A stretch of 64,000 nt of DNA from a virus (IMGVR_UViG_3300030329_005488:5696-69695), one strand, 5' to 3'; shown: positions 19,126 through 28,438, numbered from the stretch's first letter. Numbers and translations are program-made. The notes: generated from the sequence alone by a model not told the origin.

Positions 19126-19584
19126 ATGAAGAAAGTGAATAGACAAAAGAACGAGAAGAACGTAGAATATATTCTGCGCATAATAGAGAGCATGTCTGAT
19201 GGTGGAACCATCAAAGATATACGTGCTCTCATGAATTCTGATAAGAAGAACGCAGCCATCAAGAGCCCATCAAGTGGCTCACTGAGTGTGACACTGAATC
19301 AAATGGTGAAGGAAGGATTGATTGAGAAGCAGAAAGGAGAGAGGGGATTGCCCACTTATCATCTCCCTCGACAGGAAGAAGTGATAGAGCAAGTAGAAAG
19401 ACTCAACCCTTCGGTCGCCATAGTGCCTCTTCAGTCATTGATTTCTCAAACTGTGAGAGACATGGAGTACATCGCCATCCGCATTCAGGCATTCATGGAT
19501 GGGCATGGAACACTGAGAACATTACAAGATGCATTAGGACGATGTATCACTGTGATGCAAGAAAGCCAGAAAGGTAGTGAGTGA
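19126..19584 (+). CDS. winged-helix DNA-binding protein
   Basis: start ATG 19126 after GGAG; GTIKDIRALM...SPSSGSLSVTLNQMVKEGLIEK...TYHL. Confidence 0.65.
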   Translation: MKKVNRQKNEKNVEYILRIIESMSDGGTIKDIRALMNSDKKNAAIKSPSSGSLSVTLNQMVKEGLIEKQKGERGLPTYHLPRQEEVIEQVERLNPSVAIVPLQSLISQTVRDMEYIAIRIQAFMDGHGTLRTLQDALGRCITVMQESQKGSE

Positions 19585-19887
19585 ATGGTACAAGGAGATT
19601 GTAGTTGTAATGGAACTGTGTGTAAGGAAGGCTTCGGCTGGATATGGAAGACCGCAGACCTTGCACTCAATGCTCATCGTGGAGACATGTGGGCAGAGCC
19701 ATGTGAACATTACCCTCCTGAGAATATGGTGGAGATAGAAGGGGTGGGGAAAATACCTCCTGCTCCTGAAGGGCTACCGATGAAACATCTTCTGACTTAT
19801 CTCAAGGACAGGAAGGGCGCAAGGAAAGCGCAAAGTGGCTGGCATAGTAGTGAATTAGCAATGGAAGGTAAAAGGTGGAATCAATGA
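19585..19887 (+). CDS. hypothetical protein
   Basis: 100 aa, Cys-containing N-terminus. Confidence 0.6.
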   Translation: MVQGDCSCNGTVCKEGFGWIWKTADLALNAHRGDMWAEPCEHYPPENMVEIEGVGKIPPAPEGLPMKHLLTYLKDRKGARKAQSGWHSSELAMEGKRWNQ

Positions 19888-20108
19888 GCGCAGAACAAAG
19901 ATTGGAAGAACTGAAAGATGAATTGATGGAACTGAAAAGGTCAGAAGAGATTCTGTATCGCGCTCTATCTTATGCTGAAGAAGCAGAGGATGCTTGCAGA
20001 GATGTGGGGATTCAACCTTCACATCATGCAGTGATGGAATTAGAGGATTGCCGTGCAGAAATACAGGGCCGCATCGAAGAGATAGAACTCAAGGTGGGAG
20101 ATATATGA
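19884..20108 (+). CDS. small coiled-coil protein
   Basis: helical hairpin-like and acidic; coupled. Confidence 0.6.
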   Translation: MSAEQRLEELKDELMELKRSEEILYRALSYAEEAEDACRDVGIQPSHHAVMELEDCRAEIQGRIEEIELKVGDI

Positions 20109-20326
20109 TGAAGATTCAATGCCCTGATTGTAAAACCACATCGCCTGCGGATTTGACTTGGTGGATGAGAGGGACTTTTGGTTACACAGTTAATGGCGTC
20201 GTGGGCCGGACTCAGTTGGATGTCGATAGAGATTGTCCCGTCCATGAAGACGCAGGTTTCGATGCAGTCTCTTGTCAGTGTGGATATGAAAGTACTGATG
20301 AGAAGGATTTCATAGTGGAGGAATGA
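20105..20326 (+). CDS. small Zn-ribbon protein
   Basis: MMKIQCPDC...CQCG; ATGA overlap (ORF track extends to 19994). Confidence 0.6.
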   Translation: MMKIQCPDCKTTSPADLTWWMRGTFGYTVNGVVGRTQLDVDRDCPVHEDAGFDAVSCQCGYESTDEKDFIVEE

Positions 20327-20409
20327 ATGATGAAAGAAAAGATATACCTACAAGGGCCAATAGATGAAGAGACTGGATTACCCATTTGGGAATACTGGGA
20401 GATGATTGA

Positions 20410-20649
20410 ATGAGTGACACAGACAAATACGAAGGATTGATTGATGCAGAAGGTTACATTGACTACGATGGAATAGACATCCTCCTGTCAGAAGTCAAAC
20501 AGTTGCGTGAGATATTGGGCGACATCATAGCCATAGATGAATGGGGCGGTGATGGTAAAGATGTTGGTATCACCATCACATTTAGTGAAGGTGATTCCTT
20601 CATGGGTTGGTTAAGCAAGTGTGACGATGAGGTGAAGAGGAATGATTGA
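20410..20649 (+). CDS. paralog-array protein 1
   Basis: MSDTDKYEG...LLSEVKQLRE. Confidence 0.7.
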   Translation: MSDTDKYEGLIDAEGYIDYDGIDILLSEVKQLREILGDIIAIDEWGGDGKDVGITITFSEGDSFMGWLSKCDDEVKRND

Positions 20650-20839
20650 CACAGACGATTTAGACAACATGAGCCGAAGAGATTTAGTGGAACTACTTGA
20701 AGCATACAATGAATCGCTCGCAGAAGTCGAGCGGTTGCAAGAACTACTCGATGCTATACATTGGGATGCTTTTGCAGAAGATGATACCACACTTGAGATT
20801 GACCGTGAGGTAGCGGAGCGAATTAGGAGAGGTGATTGA
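20642..20839 (+). CDS. paralog-array protein 2
   Basis: MIDTDD...LAEVERLQE. Confidence 0.7.
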   Translation: MIDTDDLDNMSRRDLVELLEAYNESLAEVERLQELLDAIHWDAFAEDDTTLEIDREVAERIRRGD

Positions 20840-21121
20840 ATGATTGACACAGAAGAACAGATTGAGTTTGATGATGTATTGAAAGGGATTGAAGTCGGTG
20901 TGGATATATCCGAAGGCGACTACGACATACTACGATACTACCGAGACGAATACAAATACTACCGAGACGAATACAAAGACCTGCACACAGAAGTCAAGCG
21001 GCTGCGTGAAGGGCGACTTGACCTCATCAATGAGGTTGTTCGCATCATCAATAACAAGACAGGTGAGCGAGTGGATGCTGACTTGCATGACTACATCATA
21101 GACAGGTTGGTGAACGAATGA
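20840..21121 (+). CDS. paralog-array protein 3 (contains an internal 21-nt duplication)
   Basis: MIDTEE...TEVKRLRE; tactaccgagacgaatacaaa x2 at 20936-20977. Confidence 0.7.
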   Translation: MIDTEEQIEFDDVLKGIEVGVDISEGDYDILRYYRDEYKYYRDEYKDLHTEVKRLREGRLDLINEVVRIINNKTGERVDADLHDYIIDRLVNE

Positions 21122-21462
21122 TTGACACAGACAAATACGAAGGACACACACCTGCACCGTGGAAGGCGTTGTTCAACCACCCTCAAGTGGAAGGGTCATG
21201 TGTAGTGAATGATGAAGATGAAAGTAATTTTGGATATACACATGGTGAGCGAATACTTGGGCCATTGTGGGTTGGTGAATTGACTGCTGATATGCCTGAT
21301 ACTAAACTCATAGCAGACGCACCACTTCTCTTAGCAGAAGTCAAGCGGTTGCGTGAAGCAATGAAAACTATGCTTGATGATATGAATAATGCAAGTCCCG
21401 AAGAGGACATCGAGTATTGGCTCGATACATGGAAGCATTGGTTGAAGGAGATGATTGAATAA
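21118..21462 (+). CDS. paralog-array protein 4 (Ead/Ea22-like HTP.PW...AP.LL motif)
   Basis: MIDTDKYEGHTPAPW...LIADAPLLLAEVKRLRE. Confidence 0.7.
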   Translation: MIDTDKYEGHTPAPWKALFNHPQVEGSCVVNDEDESNFGYTHGERILGPLWVGELTADMPDTKLIADAPLLLAEVKRLREAMKTMLDDMNNASPEEDIEYWLDTWKHWLKEMIE

Positions 21463-21983
21463 TGGGTAAGTACTACTACTTGGGCGACCCCTGCTATATC
21501 ATTCATGATGATGAGTGGATTGATTTCTGTAACGCTATGGCAAAGGCAGAAGTGAAACGCGAAGTCGGTACTCCATACTACTCCAAATGGAAAGGTCGAG
21601 AGATACATTTCATCAACACAGGTGGAGATGGGAGATGGGATGGTCTGTGTGTCGATGCAGGGGTTCTTTCTTGTATCCCTGTTGAAGTGTGCGACCCTGA
21701 GAAACTCAAGGGGGAATCAAGTGGTTGGAGAGTCATTGACCACTTCGTTGAATTGAGTATGGAGCAAGGTGATATTCTCATGATTGAGGGTGAGCCTACC
21801 GACGGCGCACAACGCTGCCAGTGTAGCGATTCTAATTGTTCTGAATTGCTGTCAAAGAACAACTTTGATTGGTGTGCGATGTGCGGTGATGGGCCGTACT
21901 GTGGCTACACTTGTCTTGAGGTTCACAATGGAGAATACTATTGTGACTGTTGCTATGATGAAGTGACTGAGGACGAGGAATAG
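21462..21983 (+). CDS. hypothetical protein with C-terminal Cys-rich Zn-binding domain
   Basis: YYLGDPCY...VDAG; many CxxC/CxC motifs at the C-terminus. Confidence 0.7.
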   Translation: MGKYYYLGDPCYIIHDDEWIDFCNAMAKAEVKREVGTPYYSKWKGREIHFINTGGDGRWDGLCVDAGVLSCIPVEVCDPEKLKGESSGWRVIDHFVELSMEQGDILMIEGEPTDGAQRCQCSDSNCSELLSKNNFDWCAMCGDGPYCGYTCLEVHNGEYYCDCCYDEVTEDEE

Positions 21984-21985
21984 AA

Positions 21986-23935
21986 ATGTCTTGGGTAAGA
22001 TATGAAGACGATTACGGTTCTCGTGTCACTCTCCGCTTCGCTTGGAATGAAGAGGCCAAAGATATGCTCAAGGCTTATCTTCAGTTTCCAGCCCTGAAGT
22101 GGGACAATGAACGCAAAGGGTGGTCGGTGAGAGATAATCCTCAAGACTTATCCCTCGCTCTCTCTGTCCTTAGTGACTATGGGATTCACTATGATGGTCT
22201 TTCAGTAGACGATTGTGTTCCACCTAAAGCGAATGTTTCAGTAGAACATAAGCGCGATGGTCTCATCCTAAAGTGGGGATTCCAGCCTAACTATCGTGAC
22301 ATCAATACAGCACTAAAGTCGTCAGCGAAAGCGCGTTGGAATCCTAAAGATAAATCATGGAGGATTCCTTTCGTCGCTGGGCCAGCCGCTGCCGATGCAG
22401 TCGAGCCTCACTTCGCTCCACTCGCTGATGCCATACGTGCGGTGCCGGGAATAGCAGAAGCGAGCGAAGCAATAGCGCAGCGAATCGAATACTCAAGTGC
22501 TGTTGAAGCAGATAGTATTGCATTGAAACATCTTTCACCATCGAGGATTGATGATGTGCGTTCTTACCAATGGGTAGCACCTCACATGTTCAGTGCAGGT
22601 GGACAGAATAGAATCCTGATTGCTGACGGTATGGGATTAGGGAAATCGTTACAGGCTATCCTTTGTGTTCTCAATGGAGGATTCAGTAGAACTCTCATTG
22701 TGTGCCCTTCAGTAGTGAAGGTGAACTGGTCTAATGAGATAGAGAAATGGACAGACAAGACATGGAGTATCATTAATGGACAGAGTGGTGAGTATGAGGT
22801 GGAGGATTTCACCATCATCAATTACGACATTCTATACCACCGCTCATCACAGTTGGTACAAGACAGATACGATTGCATCATCTTCGACGAATGCCATGCG
22901 TTGAAGAATCCGAAAAGCAAGAGAAGCATTGCGGCAGAACAGATAGCCGCAGAAGCATGTGTAGGAGGATTGATTCATCTATCAGGGACACCTATACTCA
23001 ACCGGCCTATCGAAGCCTATCCTATATTGAAAATGTTGAAACCTGAGACTTTCGCTAACAAGTTCTTGTTCGGTAAGAAATACTGCGCGGCTGTGAATAA
23101 TGGATACGGTTGGGATTTCAATGGGGCGAGTAACATCGAGCACAGTAGCGACGGGCAGACTCTCCCTCTTATGAAACTCCTGATGGATGTCATGCTTCGC
23201 AGGACGATGGATGACGAACGACTGAGTGAGCAGATGCCTTCTCTTATCCAGAACATCATACAGATAGAACTCGACTCTGTTGAGCGCACGAAATATGATT
23301 CACTATTCAATTCATTGATGGACGAATGGGACCATTATCGTGTGAATGAAGGCACAATGCCACAAGGTTTTGTGCTTAATATGATGACCGAACTACGTCA
23401 CATGGCAGGTCGTTGTAAAGTCCGTGCTGCCCTTGAATGGGCAAGGGACTATCACGCTATCACCGGCAAGTCTCTCATCATCTTCGCCCATCATATCGAT
23501 GTGCTTCAAGCACTTAGTCAAGGCATCGGGGCAGAGCATGGTTATATCGATGGGCAGACGACGGACAAGCATCGACAACGCATCATCAAAGAGTTCCAAA
23601 ATGGTGACTATCCTTTCCTCATAGCGTCAACCACTGCAATGAAGGAAGGAGTGAATCTCGACAAAGCAGATACTACATTGTTCGTCGAACGTCAATGGGT
23701 ACCCGCTTGGGAACAGCAAGCAGCGGCGCGTGTTCGTAGAATGACTCAGCAATCAGAGATATGTCAGCAGGTAATTATCAGCGCGCAGAACACCATAGAC
23801 GGCCACTTCGACAAAGTGGTCGCTGGGAAAGCAGCAATAGTTGAAGCGGCATTAGATGGTAGTGAACAAATCAAACATGAAATAGCAGAGGCTCTTGCGG
23901 AGTCTTTGCGCTCAGGGGAGGTAGTGATACAATGA
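21986..23935 (+). CDS. SNF2-family helicase with two N-terminal HARP-like domains (SMARCAL1-like annealing helicase)
   Basis: DGMGLGKS, DECH, LSGTPILN, EGVNL, QAAARVRR; duplicated N-terminal KWD..RKGW / RWN..KDKSW. Confidence 0.85.
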   Translation: MSWVRYEDDYGSRVTLRFAWNEEAKDMLKAYLQFPALKWDNERKGWSVRDNPQDLSLALSVLSDYGIHYDGLSVDDCVPPKANVSVEHKRDGLILKWGFQPNYRDINTALKSSAKARWNPKDKSWRIPFVAGPAAADAVEPHFAPLADAIRAVPGIAEASEAIAQRIEYSSAVEADSIALKHLSPSRIDDVRSYQWVAPHMFSAGGQNRILIADGMGLGKSLQAILCVLNGGFSRTLIVCPSVVKVNWSNEIEKWTDKTWSIINGQSGEYEVEDFTIINYDILYHRSSQLVQDRYDCIIFDECHALKNPKSKRSIAAEQIAAEACVGGLIHLSGTPILNRPIEAYPILKMLKPETFANKFLFGKKYCAAVNNGYGWDFNGASNIEHSSDGQTLPLMKLLMDVMLRRTMDDERLSEQMPSLIQNIIQIELDSVERTKYDSLFNSLMDEWDHYRVNEGTMPQGFVLNMMTELRHMAGRCKVRAALEWARDYHAITGKSLIIFAHHIDVLQALSQGIGAEHGYIDGQTTDKHRQRIIKEFQNGDYPFLIASTTAMKEGVNLDKADTTLFVERQWVPAWEQQAAARVRRMTQQSEICQQVIISAQNTIDGHFDKVVAGKAAIVEAALDGSEQIKHEIAEALAESLRSGEVVIQ

Positions 23936-24531
23936 AGATAGAAGGAGAATGGACAATAGGAGATGCACGGCTGTTGAAAGAAATATCGAAGGCCGTGAAG
24001 AAGAGAGAGGAGATAGGTGTAGACCTTAGTATAGACAACAAAGGCTTACCTGACCTCTTAGTAATGAATATGAACACTGGGCATTCAGTGAGGGTGAAAG
24101 GTGATGTTTTACGAAAGGCTGACCACACTCAACGAATTCGCCATAAGCGACCACCAAAGGTAGTAGAAGCATTACTCATGGAGGTATTAGAGTATTCACT
24201 GGAGGGTAAAGATGCCGCAGTGAAGCAGAAGTTCTGGAAAGACCTACGAGAATGGCTTGCGCAAGCCAAGGTGGGTGAAATCTGGAAGAAGTGGGAAAGG
24301 AAACACGAACAACGAATCAAAGCGATTGAGTCAATGCTCGACGAACATCTCGAACAGACTCTTACGAAGTGCACTGGTCAGACTTTCATCAAGTCTGAAA
24401 TAGTGTCACAAGAACAGCGCGCTGTTTTAGAGCGTGCACCCAACCTCTTCGCAGAGGTTGAAGGCTGGGACGAGCCTGAAATCGTCGAACAAATGGAGGA
24501 AGAATATGAACCCGACCAAACGATTGAATGA
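23932..24531 (+). CDS. hypothetical protein
   Basis: 199 aa, coupled. Confidence 0.7.
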   Translation: MKIEGEWTIGDARLLKEISKAVKKREEIGVDLSIDNKGLPDLLVMNMNTGHSVRVKGDVLRKADHTQRIRHKRPPKVVEALLMEVLEYSLEGKDAAVKQKFWKDLREWLAQAKVGEIWKKWERKHEQRIKAIESMLDEHLEQTLTKCTGQTFIKSEIVSQEQRAVLERAPNLFAEVEGWDEPEIVEQMEEEYEPDQTIE

Positions 24532-24793
24532 ACTGGAGAAAGAAGTCATGGATATTACTATCCGTGCACATGAACTGGAAACTGAACGAAATGGACTATT
24601 GAAAATGCAAGACTGTTGGGGCGGTGGGCACTACTGGGAGATACTTGATGTAGTTGCCGACTTCACAACGACATCAGAGGTAGCAATTACATGTCAAATA
24701 TGTGGTTGTGAGTCTCGATTGATACAAACTGCGCAGAATGTCTTCGGCCCGCAAAGTATCCCTTTGGGGGAAATGGTGAGTGAGGAAGAATGA
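24506..24793 (+). CDS. small coiled-coil/Zn-binding protein
   Basis: start ATG 24506 after GGAGGA; C..GGH...CQIC. Confidence 0.6.
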   Translation: MNPTKRLNELEKEVMDITIRAHELETERNGLLKMQDCWGGGHYWEILDVVADFTTTSEVAITCQICGCESRLIQTAQNVFGPQSIPLGEMVSEEE

Positions 24794-24927
24794 GCGGGTG
24801 TATCTTATGTGGTGGCACTGGTGGTAGTCATCCAGCGATTATCAATACGATTAGTACCCCTTCAGGTACTGTGTGTATGAAATGTGTGTATAGTGTTGTA
24901 CAACAAGCAGCGGAGGTGACAGCGTGA
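24790..24927 (+). CDS. micro Zn-finger protein (45 aa)
   Basis: MSGCILCGG...CMKC...EVTA; manual translation, coupled on both sides. Confidence 0.6.
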   Translation: MSGCILCGGTGGSHPAIINTISTPSGTVCMKCVYSVVQQAAEVTA

Positions 24928-25091
24928 GTGAACCAGACATAACTGTTTATCGTTCAGAGATAGATGGTCATTGGGTGGTCGAGATAGACACACCTGAGAT
25001 ACCTGAAACCAATGAAGGACCAGTCATGCGTATTTACCTAAACGGTGGGCAGGTCTACAATGTTGGAGAAGATGTGGAGGTGACAGAGTGA
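24924..25091 (+). CDS. microprotein (55 aa)
   Basis: MSEPDITVYRSEIDGHWVVEIDTP...EVTE; GGAGGTGA SD. Confidence 0.6.
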   Translation: MSEPDITVYRSEIDGHWVVEIDTPEIPETNEGPVMRIYLNGGQVYNVGEDVEVTE

Positions 25092-25180
25092 TTGAGGCGA
25101 CAATATGGGTTTGTCCCAAATGTGATGACTTTCGCTTCCGTCTTTGGGAATGCGATTGTGTGGAGGTGGCCGTAGCATGA
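25088..25180 (+). CDS. micro Zn-finger protein (30 aa)
   Basis: MIEATIWVCPKCDDFRFRLWECDCVEVAVA; GGAGGTGA SD. Confidence 0.5.
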   Translation: MIEATIWVCPKCDDFRFRLWECDCVEVAVA

Positions 25181-25296
25181 GGGAATGTGAATGTGATGGA
25201 AAGCAATATCCATTGAAAGAAACAGGGTACTGGTTATGCATCGAATGTGGTGCACAGTCCCCAATGGAGGGGGAGCATGAACATCTTCGTACTTGA
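25177..25296 (+). CDS. micro Zn-ribbon protein (39 aa)
   Basis: MRECECDG...WLCIECG; GGAGGTGG SD. Confidence 0.5.
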   Translation: MRECECDGKQYPLKETGYWLCIECGAQSPMEGEHEHLRT

Positions 25297-25801
25297 TACC
25301 GACCCTCATGCTGCTGCACGAATGATGTGTGACAAACACATCCCGAAGATGCTTATTGAATCTGCACAGATGATGGCATCAGCACTACGACGTCATGGTT
25401 TAGGTGATGAGCATCTCCCTCTCACAAGGAGAGGTACACCATACAAAGGAGGATTCCCTCATCATCCTTGTACAATATGGGCAGGTGATTCATATGAGAA
25501 CTTCATGTGGCTGTATCAACACGCAGAATCATTAGCACGAGAGTACACCAAAAGATTCGGTAAAAGGCACCGTACACGTCGAGCCATTCGTGAGATGCAT
25601 CAGGCCTTCGACAAGCACTTTACCACTTTTGATTTCCCTGAAGATGGCCTTACACCATTCGCACTGGCTATGCCTGACGAGTACCAGAATCAAGACCCTG
25701 TGAAGGCATACCGTGATTACTACAAGGCTGACAAATCCTACTTCGCTAAGTGGGACAAGGGGACACCTGCTCCCAACTGGTGGCAGGGGGTGACAGCGTG
25801 A
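25277..25801 (+). CDS. pyrimidine-dimer DNA glycosylase (DenV/endonuclease V-related family)
   Basis: MNIFVLDTDP..AA..CDKHIPKMLIESAQM, HHPCTIW, AMPDEY...AYRDYY; start ATG 25277. Confidence 0.75.
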   Translation: MNIFVLDTDPHAAARMMCDKHIPKMLIESAQMMASALRRHGLGDEHLPLTRRGTPYKGGFPHHPCTIWAGDSYENFMWLYQHAESLAREYTKRFGKRHRTRRAIREMHQAFDKHFTTFDFPEDGLTPFALAMPDEYQNQDPVKAYRDYYKADKSYFAKWDKGTPAPNWWQGVTA

Positions 25802-25905
25802 AGGCTAATACAGGAGCAGTATGTTACGAATGTCAAGAGAATAAACCTGTGAAAATGGTTGAAGGTTTTCCTATGTGTGATGATTGTGTGGAGGTGACAG
25901 CGTGA
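25798..25905 (+). CDS. micro Zn-finger protein (35 aa)
   Basis: MKANTGAVCYEC...MCDDCVEVTA. Confidence 0.55.
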   Translation: MKANTGAVCYECQENKPVKMVEGFPMCDDCVEVTA

Positions 25906-26159
25906 AAGTGGAAATGGTACCAATAGATGGAATGATGATTAGAGCATTAGTTGTTGATGGGAATGATGAGTATCAGAACTGTGAGAATTGCGGCAATCGC
26001 TGTTATAATCACCCTGACCTCGCCAAAGAGGATAAGGACTGGTGCCTCAATTGTAATGATGCTGAACTACAATCCAAGATGAGTGATACAGAGGTGGCCT
26101 TGTGGACTATTCAACAAATGGACGCTGGGAAGATTGTAATTGTGGTGAGAGAATCATGA
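25902..26159 (+). CDS. small Zn-finger protein
   Basis: CENC...CLNC; GTG start after GAGGTGA. Confidence 0.6.
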   Translation: MKVEMVPIDGMMIRALVVDGNDEYQNCENCGNRCYNHPDLAKEDKDWCLNCNDAELQSKMSDTEVALWTIQQMDAGKIVIVVRES

Positions 26160-26245
26160 GTTGTACACACTCAACTACATCCTATCTTCGTGGTATGACA
26201 TGGTGCTCTGATTGTGGATTGACGTTGGGGGGTGAAGAGGAATGA
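26156..26245 (+). CDS. micro Zn-binding protein (29 aa)
   Basis: MSCTH...WCSDCG...EEE; ATGA overlaps on both sides. Confidence 0.5.
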   Translation: MSCTHSTTSYLRGMTWCSDCGLTLGGEEE

Positions 26246-26487
26246 GTCTCATGTACCATCGTGTCACTATCCCATTCGAAGATATAGACCACGCACTTGG
26301 TCTATATAAGAATCTACAAAAAAGAGGAGTGAGTTTCGATATAGGTTTCGGCCCAGAAGGTATGGATTGGGAACTTGATTGGTCCATTAAGGGATATTAT
26401 ACCGCGCAAGATATCCTCCTCGAACTTGAGGACTTAGGTATAGACTACACTGTCACACTTGAACGGGAGAGGAAGGAGGATGAATAA
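26242..26487 (+). CDS. hypothetical protein
   Basis: 81 aa, coupled. Confidence 0.6.
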   Translation: MSLMYHRVTIPFEDIDHALGLYKNLQKRGVSFDIGFGPEGMDWELDWSIKGYYTAQDILLELEDLGIDYTVTLERERKEDE

Positions 26488-26574
26488 TTCAGTATATGTC
26501 TTTCTTCTCTGCGCTGCTACTTATGGTGGTGTTTTATTCTGGGCATGGAAAAAAGGCAGGGATGGGTTGTATAA

Positions 26575-26886
26575 ATGACAGGTAATTACAAACCGTATGA
26601 GCGTAGAGCCACCAAAAGAAAAAGAACGAGTGAATTGGCAAGAAAGCGCATTGATAAAATAATGTCTGATGGAAAAAAGAGGACAGTGGACGAAATTATA
26701 TCTGCAATGTGGAATGAGCAGGACCGGAGGACTGGTCAACATATTCCTACAAGAAACGAATTGCGGCATCACATGGGTCGCTACTCATCCCAAAAATACG
26801 AGAGTGGTGAATTCGATATCATTACTGGGAGTAGGCGTGCCAATCGAGGTATCTACAGCGAGAAGAAATATTGGTGTAAGACATGA
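26575..26886 (+). CDS. basic winged-helix-like DNA-binding protein
   Basis: IDKIMSDGKKRTVDEIISAMW...IPTRNELRHHM. Confidence 0.6.
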   Translation: MTGNYKPYERRATKRKRTSELARKRIDKIMSDGKKRTVDEIISAMWNEQDRRTGQHIPTRNELRHHMGRYSSQKYESGEFDIITGSRRANRGIYSEKKYWCKT

Positions 26887-27004
26887 GGAAAAAGATTAGA
26901 GGTTGTTGGTGTCACGGCAGCGCTGTGACATGCTGGGAGTGCATGAAATATTGCACCTGCTACCAGCCAAATGATAGAGAGGGGCACTTACTGGAGGGTG
27001 TGAA

Positions 27005-27205
27005 ATGAAATATGAAGTAATAAGCAACCCTTCCACAGATGAAGAGGCACTGAAGTGGAGCGATGGTGAGGCTATAGAGATTGGTTTTACTTGCCCACAC
27101 TGCAACAAGAAATTATCTACTCAGTGGCTTTTCCCTGATGCAGATATGTATCTTGACTGTATGATTTGCCATGGTGCATTACATTTTGAGCCAAGGGGGG
27201 ACTGA
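27005..27205 (+). CDS. small Zn-ribbon protein
   Basis: CPHC...CMIC; GGAGGGTG SD. Confidence 0.6.
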   Translation: MKYEVISNPSTDEEALKWSDGEAIEIGFTCPHCNKKLSTQWLFPDADMYLDCMICHGALHFEPRGD

Positions 27206-27206
27206 A

Positions 27207-27425
27207 ATGAGGACAGAAGAAGAAATCATCAACAAGATGTTTGAGGCTGAGAAGGTCATGACACATTGGGAAAAGGAACTACGAATGATTACTGCTACGC
27301 ATGGATTAGATAGAGCGAGGAATCGTAAAGATTTCATGGAAGCCGTGAGAAACTACAACGCTTTACGTGGAGTTGTGAAGACATGTCATTACATGTTAGG
27401 GAATCAGGAGTGTCCGTTGATATGA
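27207..27425 (+). CDS. hypothetical protein
   Basis: MRTEEEIINKM...; helical. Confidence 0.55.
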   Translation: MRTEEEIINKMFEAEKVMTHWEKELRMITATHGLDRARNRKDFMEAVRNYNALRGVVKTCHYMLGNQECPLI

Positions 27426-27455
27426 CAGTGATAATATACATGAGCCGTTGGAGGA

Positions 27456-27767
27456 GTGGATGATACTATGGGAGAGGAAGAAGAAACGGTAACTTGCCAC
27501 GTGAAAGACTTGAAAGATGGCTATTGGGATAGCCCTGATGGGATATTGGAGATAGGTGTACTGACTGATATGAAAGGCGAACAACACAAAGTTGTTCATT
27601 ATGATTATTTAGGACAGACTGATTTCAGCCCTCTGGTCTGTAAGATGTGCGATGGTGAAGTCGACGACAGTCAAATCATATTGAAAACAGAATCTGGATG
27701 GTGGGTAGTGCCTCACAGGAGTTGTGATTATTTCGTGTGGTACAAAGAGGAGGTGTCTCTCGAATGA
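27456..27767 (+). CDS. hypothetical protein
   Basis: about 100 aa, CKMC...H.SC; start uncertain. Confidence 0.55.
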   Translation: MDDTMGEEEETVTCHVKDLKDGYWDSPDGILEIGVLTDMKGEQHKVVHYDYLGQTDFSPLVCKMCDGEVDDSQIILKTESGWWVVPHRSCDYFVWYKEEVSLE

Positions 27768-28438
27768 GTTGGGAACCAAGCGATGTAGATATTGAGTGGA
27801 CTGAGGCAGTGCTGGATACATTAGAGCCGGGGAAGTCATGGGTAGAGGGAGAGATGACCTTTCTCTGCACAGGGGAAAAGGAACTCTCTCTTGTCTCAAG
27901 AACAGAGAGGTCCGAAGAACCTGCGCAGCGTGTAGGTATTGTCCTCCAACATCTTGGCTGGAACTATGATGATACCCAAACCAGTATCATACCAGATGAC
28001 CCGTTAGAAGCAATGCGTACAATGCAAGAGGTAGCACAGGCTTGGACGTGTTATGCCTGTGAGGGAGTTTCTCTCACTGATTGTGATTTAGATAAAGCCC
28101 AATGGGTAAATGACGGAAATCATACTGCGTTCACTGAAGAGGGACTACAAGAATTCCCTCGCTGGGTTGTCCGTGTTTCGTGCATTGGATGTGGTGAAGA
28201 GTTGAACATGTCCCCTATGGACTACAGTCTTCTTGCAGGGGAGGATATTTTCTATACATGGGTTACACCATTAGGTGATACGCTCCACGCTTTAGATAGG
28301 CAGACGTTGATTGAAATGGCAGACTTAGGTGACTATAGTGAAACCAGCATTGTCGGTACAATATGGGAGGGTCATCATGTACCCCCTCACATGCAGGGAA
28401 CTTATTGCTCAGTCACGCGCTCTTCTGAAGAGGAGTGA
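27764..28438 (+). CDS. acidic hypothetical protein with CxxC pairs
   Basis: MSWEPSDVD start after GGAGGTG; CYAC, CIGC. Confidence 0.7.
   Translation: MSWEPSDVDIEWTEAVLDTLEPGKSWVEGEMTFLCTGEKELSLVSRTERSEEPAQRVGIVLQHLGWNYDDTQTSIIPDDPLEAMRTMQEVAQAWTCYACEGVSLTDCDLDKAQWVNDGNHTAFTEEGLQEFPRWVVRVSCIGCGEELNMSPMDYSLLAGEDIFYTWVTPLGDTLHALDRQTLIEMADLGDYSETSIVGTIWEGHHVPPHMQGTYCSVTRSSEEE

Larger units (their letters stand above)
20410..21462 (+). repeat. array of four paralogous small genes sharing N-terminal M(I/S)DT and C-terminal (A/S/T)EV(K/E)(R/Q)L(R/Q)E segments
   Basis: shared DNA at gene starts (atgattgacacaga / atgagtgacacaga) and internally (cagaagtc..gcgg.tgc) in ORFs 20410, 20642, 20840, 21118. 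Confidence 0.8.

Noticed and set aside
20410-21462. Repeated DNA blocks as a CRISPR array or diversity-generating retroelement
   Set aside because: The repeats are in-frame coding segments with irregular 200-350 nt spacing; there is no reverse transcriptase and no adenine-specific TR/VR pair
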